DNA of 64,000 bases from Abditibacterium sp. (GCA_965199495.1 CBDASK010000003.1:3584001-3648000), one strand, 5' to 3'. Shown: positions 30,558-42,034, counted from the first letter of the stretch. The notes: generated from the sequence alone by a model not told the origin. A program made the numbers and translations.

Positions 30558-32102
30558 CTAATTCGCGCCGAGTTTCCGTTTGGGAATCGCGGCTTTAATC
30601 GGCTTTTCGATGGATTTGACCGGCGCGATTTTCGATTGCACTTTTTTGGGCGTCGGCGCGGGCGTTAATTCCGGTTTATCCGACGCGGGTTTCGGCGCGA
30701 CAACCGGCGAGGCGGTCGGCGTGGCTGCTGTTGCGGGCGTTGTTGTGTCGGCGTCTGTTGCGGTTGGCGTCTCGAAGGGCAGGGCGCTGACGCGGTTGGC
30801 GTCGATGTCGCGGCGGCGCAGGGTTTTCAAGTCGGCCAGCACGTTGGTGAACTGGCCTACAATCGCATCGAGTTTGTCGTCGCCGGTCTGGGCTTCGTAG
30901 ACCTCGATTTCGCCCAGCGAAACCGCGCGGTCGGAGTTGACGTTGGGATCGGCGTTGGGCAAAACGATGCCGGGGCCATTGGCCTGAAACACGAAACGCG
31001 CGTATTTGGCTTCGACCGGCGTGAACTTGAAATCCTGATTGACCGGCTCGTTTTTCAGGTTGAACACGCCCGCCGTTTTCCACGGGCCGGTCGAATAGCT
31101 GCCGTTGGTGACCTGCAATTCGACGCGGCGCGCCCAGCGCAAATCGCTCTGGTTGGAAGTCGGATTGAGCGTGACTTTACCCAACAAATGCGTGCGGTCG
31201 TTAGCGAAACCGACGGTGACGAACTCTTTGCCCGGCTCGAAACCCTGCGACGCCCAGCCGTTGGAACCCTTGTTTTCCAACGGGCGAAAGTTATCGCCGT
31301 CAATCAGTAGGTTGGGGCCATATTTCGGGTCGTTGTCATAAGTCGAGGACGAGGCCATGATCTGGCCGCCGTTTTTGGCCGCCGCGATGTTGACGTTCGC
31401 GCCCGCTTTCGTTGTGGCGTTGGCGCTCACAGTTTGAAAAGCCGCGCCGCCTTCGGCCTGCAATTTCTTGTAGGCGTTGAGTTGGGTGACGGCGTTCTCG
31501 AAACGATTAATCACGCCGCCCATTGGATCGGCATTGCCGATGGCTTCATAAATCTCGACCTCGCCCAGAGCCACGGCGCGGTCACTGCCATAATTCGAGC
31601 GAAACATCAACTTCACGAAACGCGCGTCAGTCGGCAGAATGTCGAAGCTCTGCGGCTCGCCTTTCTGCTGCAATGTCAGTTGGGCGACCGGCAGATACGG
31701 GCCTTCGGCGCTGTCGGTCGAGACCTGCACTTCGACATCTTTGACCCAGCGTTCGGGCGGCAAGTCGTTGGTCGGGTTAATCACGATGCGGCCCAACTTC
31801 ACGATGCGATTGCCCGCGAAACCCAGCGTGACCGAATCCATCGCAATCGGATCGTAGCTGTTGGAAGCCCAACCGCGCGAACTTTTGGGGCGCGCCGAGT
31901 TATAGACCTGTCCGTCAATCAAGTTGGACGCCGCGTAAAGCGGATCGTTATTGAAGGTGGAAGTGGAGGCCAGCACGCGCCCGCCGTTGGCGGCGGCGGC
32001 GATGTTGGTGATGTCGGTTGAGGTCGCGCGATTCTGGGCGTGAGCCGCAAAGCCGACCGCGCCCAGCGCGGCGAGCGCGATCAAAGAAGTTTTGGAGTGC
32101 AT
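30558..32102 (-). CDS. Secreted protein with two discoidin/F5-8 type C-like domains and a Pro/Thr/Lys-rich tail
   Basis: Signal peptide; internal duplication NIAAA.NGG...LIDG...GWAS...SDRAV.LGE.E.YEA. Confidence 0.75.
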   Translation of the reverse strand: MHSKTSLIALAALGAVGFAAHAQNRATSTDITNIAAAANGGRVLASTSTFNNDPLYAASNLIDGQVYNSARPKSSRGWASNSYDPIAMDSVTLGFAGNRIVKLGRIVINPTNDLPPERWVKDVEVQVSTDSAEGPYLPVAQLTLQQKGEPQSFDILPTDARFVKLMFRSNYGSDRAVALGEVEIYEAIGNADPMGGVINRFENAVTQLNAYKKLQAEGGAAFQTVSANATTKAGANVNIAAAKNGGQIMASSSTYDNDPKYGPNLLIDGDNFRPLENKGSNGWASQGFEPGKEFVTVGFANDRTHLLGKVTLNPTSNQSDLRWARRVELQVTNGSYSTGPWKTAGVFNLKNEPVNQDFKFTPVEAKYARFVFQANGPGIVLPNADPNVNSDRAVSLGEIEVYEAQTGDDKLDAIVGQFTNVLADLKTLRRRDIDANRVSALPFETPTATDADTTTPATAATPTASPVVAPKPASDKPELTPAPTPKKVQSKIAPVKSIEKPIKAAIPKRKLGAN

Positions 32103-32272
32103 TGGAATGAACGGAAGATGAGACATCGCGGCGCCGCTCGCGGTGCGTGGCATTCGCGAATAGCTCTCCGATGGCTCACCCTTTTAAAAGTGAAGGGCTG
32201 TGACGAGTTCCCGTTGGAAATTGTTGTGGCTTATTTTATCAAAACCGGCGAATGTAGTTATAAGATTCTGGT

Positions 32273-32433
32273 GTGAACAAGATTTTAACCACAAAAACAC
32301 AGAACTCACAAAGGGCACAAAAAGATCAAAAAGGTGAGAAGAACTCTCTTTGCAGAATGGTCTTTCTTCAAAGCCTTTTGATCTTTTTGTGCCCTTTGTG
32401 AATTCTGTGTTTTTGTGGTTAATTCTTGTTCAC
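32273..32433. repeat. Palindromic element, family C
   Basis: TTAACCACAAAAACACAGAACTCACAAAGGGCACAAAAAGATCAAAA is nearly mirrored at 32385-32422. Confidence 0.9.
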
Positions 32434-32443
32434 GTCCCATCAC

Positions 32444-33724
32444 TCAAATTTGCTGCGCCGCCGCCAAAGCCGTTTCGTAAACCTCGCGCGCCGAAACGTT
32501 GTTTTCTGACGCCCGTGCTTTGACATCTTCCCATTCGGGATGCGCGCGCCGCACATTGCCTTCTGCCCACGCGACGACTTTGACGCGAATGGGGCCAAAT
32601 TTCGTCTCAATTGTCTCAATCGAACGCGGTAGCGCCGCGCGCTCGACAACAGATGCGCGCACGCCGATGGTCGTGGTATGACGTGTAATCGCGCTCAAAA
32701 CCGCGTCGCGCGCGTCCGCCAAACACAGCGCGCACAATTGTTGCGCGGGCCGACCTTTTTTCATATGGATGGGAATTGTCCAAACATCGAGCGCGCCCGC
32801 GTCGAATAATGCGGCGAACACGGCTTCCCATAATTGCGGGTTCATATCGTCAATATTGGTTTCAAGCAGCGACAAAGTCGTCCATTCCAAACCTTTTAAT
32901 TTTTCTGTTGCGCTCAGTTCTCCGATAAATACGCGCAATAAATTGGGCTGCTCGCCCCACATTTCTTTGGTGCCCGCGCCCATGCCGATGGTTTCCATCT
33001 GCATCGCCGGAGCCGGGCCGTAATTTTGGCACAACGCGGCCAAAATGCCCGCGCCGGTTGGCGTCACGAGTTCGCCTACGATGTCGGTCGGCGTCCACGG
33101 CGCGCCTTTGAGAATTTCCAGCGTCGCCGGAGCGGGAATCGGCATCAATCCATGTGCGCATTTCACCGTTCCGCTCGACATCGGCAGCGCCGACGCGTAA
33201 ACCGCTTCGATGCCCAAATAATCCAGACACCAGGCCACGCCGACGATGTCGAGCAGCGAGTCTAAGCCGCCGATTTCGTGAAAATGCACTTCGTCGGGCG
33301 TCGAATGATGAATCTTCGCCTCGGCCCGCGCGACCTCGCCAAAAATCGCGAGGGCTTTGGCTTTCACGTTTGGGTTCAGCGAACTGCTTTCGATAATCTC
33401 GCGAATCTCGGTCATCGAACGCCCGTGATGATGTTGGTGCGAATGCTCGTCTTCCTCGTCGCCGTGGCTGTGATGCTCGCCGTGATGATGTTCGTGCGAA
33501 TGCGCCAGTTCGTCGGCGTCGCTGATGCCGCCTTCGGTGATGCTGACTTTGACGCCGTGAATGCCGCTGCGCATTACATCGTGGGCACGAATGTCCCAAT
33601 TTTCGACGGCGAGCGAAGCCAGATCGGTTTTGAGTTGGTCGAGCGGCGCGCCGCAATCGAGTAACGCGGCCAAAGCCATATCGCCCGCGATGCCGGTGAA
33701 ACAATCGAAATACGCGATTTTCAT
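32444..33724 (-). CDS. larC: Nickel pincer cofactor biosynthesis protein LarC
   Basis: YFDCFTGIAGDM, His-rich tract, VHFHEIG, ETNIDD and MKKGRP motifs. Confidence 0.95.
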   Translation of the reverse strand: MKIAYFDCFTGIAGDMALAALLDCGAPLDQLKTDLASLAVENWDIRAHDVMRSGIHGVKVSITEGGISDADELAHSHEHHHGEHHSHGDEEDEHSHQHHHGRSMTEIREIIESSSLNPNVKAKALAIFGEVARAEAKIHHSTPDEVHFHEIGGLDSLLDIVGVAWCLDYLGIEAVYASALPMSSGTVKCAHGLMPIPAPATLEILKGAPWTPTDIVGELVTPTGAGILAALCQNYGPAPAMQMETIGMGAGTKEMWGEQPNLLRVFIGELSATEKLKGLEWTTLSLLETNIDDMNPQLWEAVFAALFDAGALDVWTIPIHMKKGRPAQQLCALCLADARDAVLSAITRHTTTIGVRASVVERAALPRSIETIETKFGPIRVKVVAWAEGNVRRAHPEWEDVKARASENNVSAREVYETALAAAQQI

Positions 33725-33733
33725 GATTTTATT

Positions 33734-33833
33734 TTAGCCGCGAAAAAGCACAAAAAATATAAAAGTTTGGAAGCGCGACCTAAACGCGCGACGCCTTCGA
33801 CTTTTTGTATCTTTTGTGCCTTTTCGTGGCCAA
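33734..33833. repeat. Degenerate palindromic element, family C
   Basis: TTAGCCGCGAAAAAGCACAAAA ... TTTTGTGCCTTTTCGTGGCCAA. Confidence 0.7.
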
Positions 33834-33838
33834 TAGAA

Positions 33839-34588
33839 TTACTTCCTGCCCCGCAACATCGAAGCCACGAACGCCGCCGCGCCAAAGCCGTTGTCTATAT
33901 TGACAACCGCCACTCCGCTCGCGCAGGTATTGAGCATACCGAGCAATGCAGCCACGCCGCCAAAGGCGGCGCCGTAGCCGACGCTGGTCGGCACCGCCAC
34001 AACCGGCACGCTGACCAAACCGGCGACGACCGAAGGTAACGCGCCTTCCATTCCGGCAGCGACAATTAAGGCGTCGCACTCGCGAATTTCGTCCATGCGA
34101 TTGAGCAACCGATGCAAACCCGCGACGCCGACATCGCTTAAACGCGTGACTTCAACGCCCATCGCTTGCAAACACAACGCGGCTTCATCGGCGACGGGCA
34201 AATCCGACGTGCCAGCGCACAAAACGCCCGCGCGGCCTTGAAGTTTGGGCGTTTTGCCATCCACGATGATTAAACGCGCCAATTCTTCATAGCGCGCGGC
34301 GGGCACGAGTTTTTTCGTCGCCTCGAACGCCTCCAAACTGGCGCGCGTGACCAAAACGATGTCGCCGCTTTGGCTGAGATTCTCAACGATTTGCGCGATT
34401 TGTTCGGGCGTTTTTCCGGCGCCAAACACGACTTCGGGAAAGCCCTGACGCAGCGCGCGGTGATGGTCAACAGTGGCGAATCCCAAATCTTGAAACGGCA
34501 AATCGCGCAGTTGAGTTATTGCGTCTTCGACGGGCAAATTTTGGTTCTGGACTTGTTCGAGCAATTGACGCAGTGAATCGGGAGACAT
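33839..34588 (-). CDS. larB: Nickel pincer cofactor biosynthesis protein LarB
   Basis: DHHRALRQGFPEVV, AGTSDLPV, AGMEGAL, PTSVGYG and NIDNGFG motifs. Confidence 0.95.
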   Translation of the reverse strand: MSPDSLRQLLEQVQNQNLPVEDAITQLRDLPFQDLGFATVDHHRALRQGFPEVVFGAGKTPEQIAQIVENLSQSGDIVLVTRASLEAFEATKKLVPAARYEELARLIIVDGKTPKLQGRAGVLCAGTSDLPVADEAALCLQAMGVEVTRLSDVGVAGLHRLLNRMDEIRECDALIVAAGMEGALPSVVAGLVSVPVVAVPTSVGYGAAFGGVAALLGMLNTCASGVAVVNIDNGFGAAAFVASMLRGRK

Positions 34589-34594
34589 GGGGAA

Positions 34595-34622
34595 AGGCTG
34601 AAGGATTAAGGCTGAAGGCTGA
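34595..34622. repeat. Heptamer tandem repeat (AGGCTGA/AGGATTA x4), family E
   Basis: AGGCTGA AGGATTA AGGCTGA AGGCTGA. Confidence 0.7.
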
Positions 34623-34757
34623 AAATGTCGGGGTGAAATTTTTGGCTGAACAACAAATTTTAGCAGTTGTGCCTTGCAGCGTCTCGCGTATTTGGGTAAT
34701 ATCTGTCGGGCCGCTTCGATTCTTCCTCGGAATTTGGCGCGGCCTCTTGATTCGATC

Positions 34758-35126
34758 ATGGGAACTTTTCTGCTCGTTTTGCAAATTATCACCGCCTTGG
34801 TGTTCATCGTCTTGATGGCGGTGCAGACCGACAAAGCCGAAGCTGGCGGCGTCATGGGTTTGGGCGGGCAGGGCGGTCGCGTGGGCGAAGAAGTGGATAT
34901 GCCGGTTGGTGCCGAACGTATTCTCAAGCCGCTTTCCAAGTGGACAGCGATTGGGTTTTTGTTTCTTTCGATTTTGGCCGCAATGAACGGTGAAATCGTG
35001 GCGACCAGCAAAGGCGCGCAATCTTTGCCGTTCTGGGTTTTGCTCGTCGGCGTGTTGCTTTACTTATTCATCATGCTCGTCGGGGATCGGATATGGAAAG
35101 GTTTTACCGGCGTTTTCGGCAGCTAA
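34758..35126 (+). CDS. secG: Preprotein translocase subunit SecG
   Basis: TM1, Q..KAEAGG.MGLGG loop, GAERIL...KWT, TM2; followed by tRNA-Leu(GAG). Confidence 0.8.
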   Translation: MGTFLLVLQIITALVFIVLMAVQTDKAEAGGVMGLGGQGGRVGEEVDMPVGAERILKPLSKWTAIGFLFLSILAAMNGEIVATSKGAQSLPFWVLLVGVLLYLFIMLVGDRIWKGFTGVFGS

Positions 35127-35158
35127 CTCGGAATAATTTGGGTAATTAAACAGTCCAC

Positions 35159-35241
35159 GTCGCAGTGGCGAAATGGCAGACGCGTCAGCTTGAGGGGCTG
35201 GTGCCCGCAAGGGCGTGGAGGTTCGAGTCCTCTCTGCGACA
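35159..35241 (+). tRNA. tRNA-Leu(GAG)
   Basis: Acceptor stem GTCGCAG/CTGCGAC, anticodon loop TT-GAG-GG, long variable arm, GGTTCGAGTCC; CCA not encoded. Confidence 0.95.
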
Positions 35242-35247
35242 AACACG

Positions 35248-35286
35248 AAAAACTCCCGTTGACTTTTCAGTCAACGGGAGTTTTTT
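35248..35286 (+). terminator. Intrinsic terminator after the tRNA
   Basis: AAAAACTCCCGTTGACT-TTTC-AGTCAACGGGAGTTTTTT. Confidence 0.9.
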
Positions 35287-35326
35287 CTTTGCGCGCGGCA
35301 TCTGTTTTGAAGCGTCTGGCTTCACC

Positions 35327-36094
35327 ATGAGAAAAGTTTTAGTCGCTCTCGCCCTCGTCGGCGCCTCTTCCGTTCCGCTCGGCGTCTTCGTCGCCGTCAA
35401 CGCGCAAGGCGAAGCCAAAAGTCAACCTTCAACGCCCAAACTCGAACGCAAAACCGCGCAACCGTGGACGGGCAGTCCGTTGGAATTTGAATATGCCAAC
35501 CGCGACCAAACCCTGAAAATCCCGCAGGTTTTTCGCGCCCTAAAGATCGGCAAAGGCAGCCACGTCGCCGACGTTGGTGCGGGCGGTGGCTGGCTTTCGA
35601 CGCGATTGGCGCGTCAAGTTGGGCCAAAAGGCGTCGTTTATGCCGAAGAGATTTTGCCGCGCTATGTCGAATTTTTGCAACAACGCGCGCGCCGCGAAAA
35701 ATTACCGCAGATGAAAACTGTGCTGGGCACGACTTCCGACCCGAAACTGCCGCACAATTTGGACGCCGTGATGATTCTCAACGCCTATCACGAATTCGAT
35801 GAACCGCTCGAAATGCTGGGCAAAATCAAATCTTCGATGAAGCCGGGCGCGCGTCTGGGCTTCATCGAGCGCGACGATCTCGAACTGCGCGCGGAAGCCG
35901 AACTGGCCTATCGCCAAACCGGAAAGATCAAACGGCGCGTGACCGAGCGTGATGACGGCAATCCCATCACAGACGATCATCGTTTGGCGTTGCCAATCGT
36001 CGAACGTGAAGCCGCCGAAGTTGGCTTCAAAAAAGTGAGTTCGATGCAATTGGGCGAAGACAAATATCTGCTCGTCGTCGAAAAAGTGCGTTAG
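35327..36094 (+). CDS. Class I SAM-dependent methyltransferase with a signal-like N-terminus
   Basis: VADVGAGGG, VYAEEI and NAYHEF motifs. Confidence 0.88.
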   Translation: MRKVLVALALVGASSVPLGVFVAVNAQGEAKSQPSTPKLERKTAQPWTGSPLEFEYANRDQTLKIPQVFRALKIGKGSHVADVGAGGGWLSTRLARQVGPKGVVYAEEILPRYVEFLQQRARREKLPQMKTVLGTTSDPKLPHNLDAVMILNAYHEFDEPLEMLGKIKSSMKPGARLGFIERDDLELRAEAELAYRQTGKIKRRVTERDDGNPITDDHRLALPIVEREAAEVGFKKVSSMQLGEDKYLLVVEKVR

Positions 36095-36140
36095 ACGAAT
36101 CCCTAATGTTAGCCACAGGAGTTATTGTGCGATGAAGCAA

Positions 36141-36505
36141 CTGTAGCGTTTAGCGGGGCTAACGCCTCCTTCCAATCGAGCGAAGTTCCTCGCACGTCCG
36201 CCCGATTGGAAGAGGGCGTCAGCCCAAGGGCGAACGCACTACAACAGTTATAAATTTCCCTTCTGTCATTCTGAGCCGGGTGCCCCTTGGGCGTGAGGCA
36301 CGAACGAAGTCGAAGAATCCACGACTTTGGGCGAAGTGAAAGCGAAGTCAACGGGCAACCTATGAATTCTTCGACTTCATTCGTGCCTCACGCCCAAGGG
36401 GCACCCCGGTCAGAATGACAAATTTAGTTTTATCATCTGTTATGATACGTTGTCGAAAAGCTAATTACTGTTGTAGTGCGTTTGCCCTTGGCGTCAGCCC
36501 CGCTA
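36141..36505. repeat. Composite repeat cluster: GTAG-type REPs around a family B2 element (36264-36420)
   Basis: Inverted pairs 36151-36166/36490-36505 and 36224-36248/36467-36491 enclose TGTCATTCTGA...TCAGAATGACA. Confidence 0.8.
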
Positions 36506-36581
36506 TCAAAGCCACGAGCAAAGTCCGGTTTAGACAATCAAAGTGCTAAAGCCAAGTAGCGCCGAACAAATTCGAGCGCAC

Positions 36582-37835
36582 TCAAAAAGAGATGGCTGAA
36601 CCTTTTTCGCCGAAATGATTTTCCTCGGAAATCTTTGAGTTTTGTTTCGCGATCAAGGATTCGTTGAGCGCGCTTTGGATCGCCAGATTTTCGGCTCTGG
36701 CGATCCAAACCAAAAATAAAAGCGATAACACCATCGCCCCGGCCATCAAAGTGCGTGCGGCTAATCCGGGGAGCGATTGCTCGAAAAACCAGTTCGGCGG
36801 AAGAATCATCAGCGCGACGAAGGTGATTACAAGCCCTCGCGCGCAAACGCGTTGCGCGCTTGGAGCCGCGTTCAGCGCGATTTGGAGCAAAAGCAACATC
36901 GGAATAGCCAGTAACATATCGTCATAGATATTATGATACGTCCAGAGGCGCGCGACCAAGGCGGTGATGCTGAGCAGCAAAAGCCGGTCGAGATGCCGGT
37001 GCCGATACGTCCAATAGCCCAACCAGAGCCATATCACCAGTGAAAGCGGATTGCTCCATTGTTTGATGCCGAGGGCTTCCGCCCATGCGCGCAAATTGGC
37101 GTAGCCTTCGCTGAGATGCGCCCCATCACGATTGACCGTTTGCGCCCACAAAGTCACTTCGTGCGTGGCGTTGTGTTGAAACCACAGCGCAACTAACGTC
37201 AAAATCGCATAGCCAACGATCACGCCCAATCCCAGGCGAAGCCGCATGGGTTTCCACAAAACCAACCACAGAAATGGCGCCGCGACGCTGGGTTTGGCGA
37301 GAGCGAAAAGCAAGAGAGCGCCCGCCAAAACTTCGCGTTGCCAGCCGAGTTTTTGGTCGGGCGGCGGATGAAGCAAAAACATCGCGCCCACGATGGCGGC
37401 CATCGAAAGTGGCACCAACTGGCCCAGCCAGACCGCCGCCGAAGTCGCCGTCAGCGAGAGAAAAACCATCGCCGCGAACCAGCGCGCCGAATGCGAGGCA
37501 ATCGCCTGATGACGCGCGCACAGCGTCGCCATCCAGCCCAGAGTTGCCGCGTAAAGTAACGTCCACAACCAACTCGCGTGCGCCAACGAAAGCCAGCCCA
37601 AGAGCGGCCACAGCAAAACATAACTGGCGGGCGGGTAGGTCGAACTCTGATACGCGTAAAGTTCTTGCCCGCTAAACCAACGCTCGACCGCGACCGCACG
37701 CGAGCCTAAATCGAGTGCCGAACCTGCCCAAAGGTGCTGAAACACAAAGGCCAGCCGCGTGGCTGCAATGTAGGCCAACAACAGCGTGAGCGCATAAAAA
37801 GTCAGGCGTCGGGCGGACAGAGGAAATGCGGGCAA
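36582..37835 (-). CDS. GT87/DUF2029-like membrane glycosyltransferase
   Basis: TYPP, GQL, AKPS and YHNIYD motifs; polytopic. Confidence 0.75.
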   Translation of the reverse strand: MPAFPLSARRLTFYALTLLLAYIAATRLAFVFQHLWAGSALDLGSRAVAVERWFSGQELYAYQSSTYPPASYVLLWPLLGWLSLAHASWLWTLLYAATLGWMATLCARHQAIASHSARWFAAMVFLSLTATSAAVWLGQLVPLSMAAIVGAMFLLHPPPDQKLGWQREVLAGALLLFALAKPSVAAPFLWLVLWKPMRLRLGLGVIVGYAILTLVALWFQHNATHEVTLWAQTVNRDGAHLSEGYANLRAWAEALGIKQWSNPLSLVIWLWLGYWTYRHRHLDRLLLLSITALVARLWTYHNIYDDMLLAIPMLLLLQIALNAAPSAQRVCARGLVITFVALMILPPNWFFEQSLPGLAARTLMAGAMVLSLLFLVWIARAENLAIQSALNESLIAKQNSKISEENHFGEKGSAISF

Positions 37836-37856
37836 GAGAAATCAGGGAAATTGAGC

Positions 37857-38708
37857 TTATTGCGGGCTGGCAATCGGCGGCGGCGGGAAGTTGGGACGTG
37901 CCATGTCGCCTTCGCTGCGGCCTACGCCAAACAGGTTGCGATAAGTCAGGGCAATCGCGATTTGCGTTAGCGGATACGTCACCAAAAGACCCAGACCACA
38001 CGCGCAGAGGCCCGCAAGGTTAATCAGGCCCAACACGAAAAAGAGCAGGAATAGCGCGCCCAGATGCGGTTTGCAGGCTTCCCACGAACGCTTGATCGAA
38101 TCAATCGCATCGGCTTTTTGGTCAACGAGAAGCGGTGTATACATCGAGAACCCCAGCGCCATAATAACGCCGGGAATGATACACGCGATAAACCCCAGCC
38201 CCGTCGCGAGACTAACCAAAATGCCCGCGACGAGAATCGGCGCGATGATGTCGGTGATGTCGAAGAGTTTGGCGATTTCGGCTTGGCCGCTACGCACTTG
38301 GTGAATCGCCATTTTCATCAGGCCCGCATTGGCCAACAGACCAATAGCGAAACCCGCGATAGAAATGATGATCGAAAGCAGCGTCACGACAGCCGATGGC
38401 TCCCGCCCACCCGCCGCGCTAATGACAGTACTTATGCCGTTTAAGGCGCCGGTAGCGGCGCCGTAAATCAGCATGGCGACGATCCACATACCGATTTGCG
38501 GTTGCAACAGTTGCCACGCTTGCCCGATAACATCGGTGTTGACGGTTGCCGTTGCGGGCGCGGGCACGCCCGTCGGCGGCAACGGCGGCGAGTTTGGCGG
38601 CTGGTAAGGATTGCTCGGCGGCGGTGGCTGCATTGAGGGTGGCGTCGGCTCTTTCGAGAGATTGAGCGGATCGTTGGGAGTGGGATTGTTGGGATCGTTG
38701 TTTTGCAT
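37857..38708 (-). CDS. Membrane protein with a Pro-rich N-terminus
   Basis: Pro-rich head; GFIACIIPG, SIKRSWE and LCACGLGLLVT motifs. Confidence 0.75.
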   Translation of the reverse strand: MQNNDPNNPTPNDPLNLSKEPTPPSMQPPPPSNPYQPPNSPPLPPTGVPAPATATVNTDVIGQAWQLLQPQIGMWIVAMLIYGAATGALNGISTVISAAGGREPSAVVTLLSIIISIAGFAIGLLANAGLMKMAIHQVRSGQAEIAKLFDITDIIAPILVAGILVSLATGLGFIACIIPGVIMALGFSMYTPLLVDQKADAIDSIKRSWEACKPHLGALFLLFFVLGLINLAGLCACGLGLLVTYPLTQIAIALTYRNLFGVGRSEGDMARPNFPPPPIASPQ

Positions 38709-38782
38709 GAGAGAAAAAGTTGAGGCTCAGAAACTGCGTTCTTCAACGTCTATTTCTGAGCCTCGGTCAAAACGGCTTGAAG

Positions 38783-39025
38783 TTAGTGAACGGGCACGCC
38801 GCCGCCCGCGCCAATGCCCAGCGCAAAGCGTCCGATGATGCCCAGCACCAACAGCACTGTGCCAATAATAGCGATGATGCGCGCAATGTTCGCGTTGCTC
38901 AGGTCGTCGGCGGGCAAAGTTCCAGTTGTAATGGCCTGATTGCTCAGATACCACGTTACGGGTGACAGAATTTGGCAACAGATCAAGCCGAAGATGCTCA
39001 TTCCCAACAAAGTTTTTCCATTCAT
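38783..39025 (-). CDS. Small 2-TM protein (DUF4190-like)
   Basis: GGAG RBS; LGMSIFGLICC...ARIIAIIG. Confidence 0.7.
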   Translation of the reverse strand: MNGKTLLGMSIFGLICCQILSPVTWYLSNQAITTGTLPADDLSNANIARIIAIIGTVLLVLGIIGRFALGIGAGGGVPVH

Positions 39026-39177
39026 AATTGATTAGCTCCCCAAGGTGGATGCTGCTCGCAAATTACTCAAATGTAAGATGCGAAACAGTCTGTCACCAAT
39101 TTTACCACGCATTTCTTGTCAAGTGTTAAATTTGCCTCCGAAATTATTAAATTATCTGAGAATCTTTTCAATCCCCC

Positions 39178-39206
39178 TTGACTTGAACCCAAATCCCCTT
39201 TAGAAT
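39178..39206 (+). promoter_or_regulatory. sigma70 promoter of groESL
   Basis: TTGACT-17 nt-TAGAAT. Confidence 0.75.
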
Positions 39207-39220
39207 AATCCCTTGGCAAA

Positions 39221-39247
39221 TTAGCACTCTCGCTCCGAGAGTGCCAG
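39221..39247 (+). promoter_or_regulatory. CIRCE element (HrcA operator)
   Basis: TTAGCACTC-N9-GAGTGCCAG upstream of groES. Confidence 0.92.
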
Positions 39248-39306
39248 AAAATGTCCGCTCTGTTTCATCCGAAGCGGCGCGAGAATCTCAAGGAGAAACT
39301 TAAAAT

Positions 39307-39600
39307 ATGGCAACTATTAAACCGTTGGCCGACAAAGTGTTGGTCAAACCCAGCCAGTCCGGCGAAATGACCAAAGGCGGCATCGCCTTGCCCGAAAGCG
39401 CCAAAGAGCGCCCGCAGGAAGGCACCGTTATCAGCGTCGGCCCAGGCCGCACGCTCGACTCGGGCGAAAAAACGTCGGTTTCAGTGAAAGAGGGCGATGT
39501 CGTCATCTACTCGAAATACGGCGGCACCGAAATCAAAGAAGACGGCGTCGAGTATCTGATTCTCGATGAATCGAGCTTGCTCGCCGTTAAAGAAGGTTAG
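39307..39600 (+). CDS. groES: Co-chaperonin GroES
   Basis: [13 protein letters not shown] and YSKYGGTE motifs. Confidence 0.98.
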   Translation: MATIKPLADKVLVKPSQSGEMTKGGIALPESAKERPQEGTVISVGPGRTLDSGEKTSVSVKEGDVVIYSKYGGTEIKEDGVEYLILDESSLLAVKEG

Positions 39601-39609
39601 GAACACCGA

Positions 39610-41376
<1,767 letters not shown>

Positions 41377-41392
41377 AGTTAGGCCGCAAGGT

Positions 41393-41433
41393 AAAAGCGC
41401 CCCGCATTCCTTATGGATGCGGGGCGCTTTTTT
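41393..41433 (+). terminator. Intrinsic terminator after groEL
   Basis: AAAAGCGCCCCGCAT...ATGCGGGGCGCTTTTTT. Confidence 0.88.
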
Positions 41434-41437
41434 GTGT

Positions 41438-41833
41438 TTATACTTTCTGCGAATCGGCGGCTGCGTTTTCTAAATCGAATAAATTTTCGCTCAAATTCAA
41501 GCTGTTGTTGCCTGTCTTTGGCCAATCAATCTGAAGTTGCTCTGACGTTTGATGAACTTTGTAGGACAAATGCTCGATTTCAAAAGTAGGTTGCACTTCT
41601 ATCGTTTTGCGAGTGTGAATATGCGGTTCCAATCGTTTAATGCCAGTTAAGACAATCCAGCCCGGCGATGTGGAAGCCCAATGAAAAAAGTTGATTTCCC
41701 ATGTGTAATCGTTAGAAACTTTGAGCCATCCATTGCCATCCGATTTGAAAACTAAAGTCGCCGCCGAGTCGGGGATAAAATGATATTCGGTTCGAGTTGT
41801 CCAAACACCGACGAGAATTGATTCATTTCGCAT
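41438..41833 (-). CDS. Hypothetical protein (AT-rich)
   Basis: Open ORF; start uncertain; no recognisable motif. Confidence 0.55.
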   Translation of the reverse strand: MRNESILVGVWTTRTEYHFIPDSAATLVFKSDGNGWLKVSNDYTWEINFFHWASTSPGWIVLTGIKRLEPHIHTRKTIEVQPTFEIEHLSYKVHQTSEQLQIDWPKTGNNSLNLSENLFDLENAAADSQKV

Positions 41834-41874
41834 GACGTGAAGTTTCCACGAATCGTCAAAGTTGAGGAAACGCT

Positions 41875-42034
41875 GACTCACACCCCCACTGCCTTCGGCA
41901 TCTCCCCCTCCGGGAGGGGAAGAATGCCTCAGTGACTTTCGCCGCTTCGCATGAACTAAGTCAGTTCTGAAACCTGATGAGGCATTCTTCCCCTCTCGGA
42001 GGGGGAGATGCCGAAGGCAGTGGGGGTGGGAGTC
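41875..42034. repeat. Palindromic element, family D, adjacent to the DUF559 gene
   Basis: CACCCCCACTGCCTTCGGCATCTCCCCCTCCG...GAAGAATGCCTCA mirrored by TGAGGCATTCTTC...CGGAGGGGGAGATGCCGAAGGCAGTGGGGGTG. Confidence 0.88.

Noticed and set aside
32444..34588. Programmed frameshift in larC, or a novel lar system
   Set aside because: larC is one continuous ORF; larB-larC without an adjacent larA/larE is common.
35159..35290. Genomic island integrated at tRNA-Leu
   Set aside because: No integrase, and I saw no duplicated tRNA 3' end; the tRNA is followed by its terminator.
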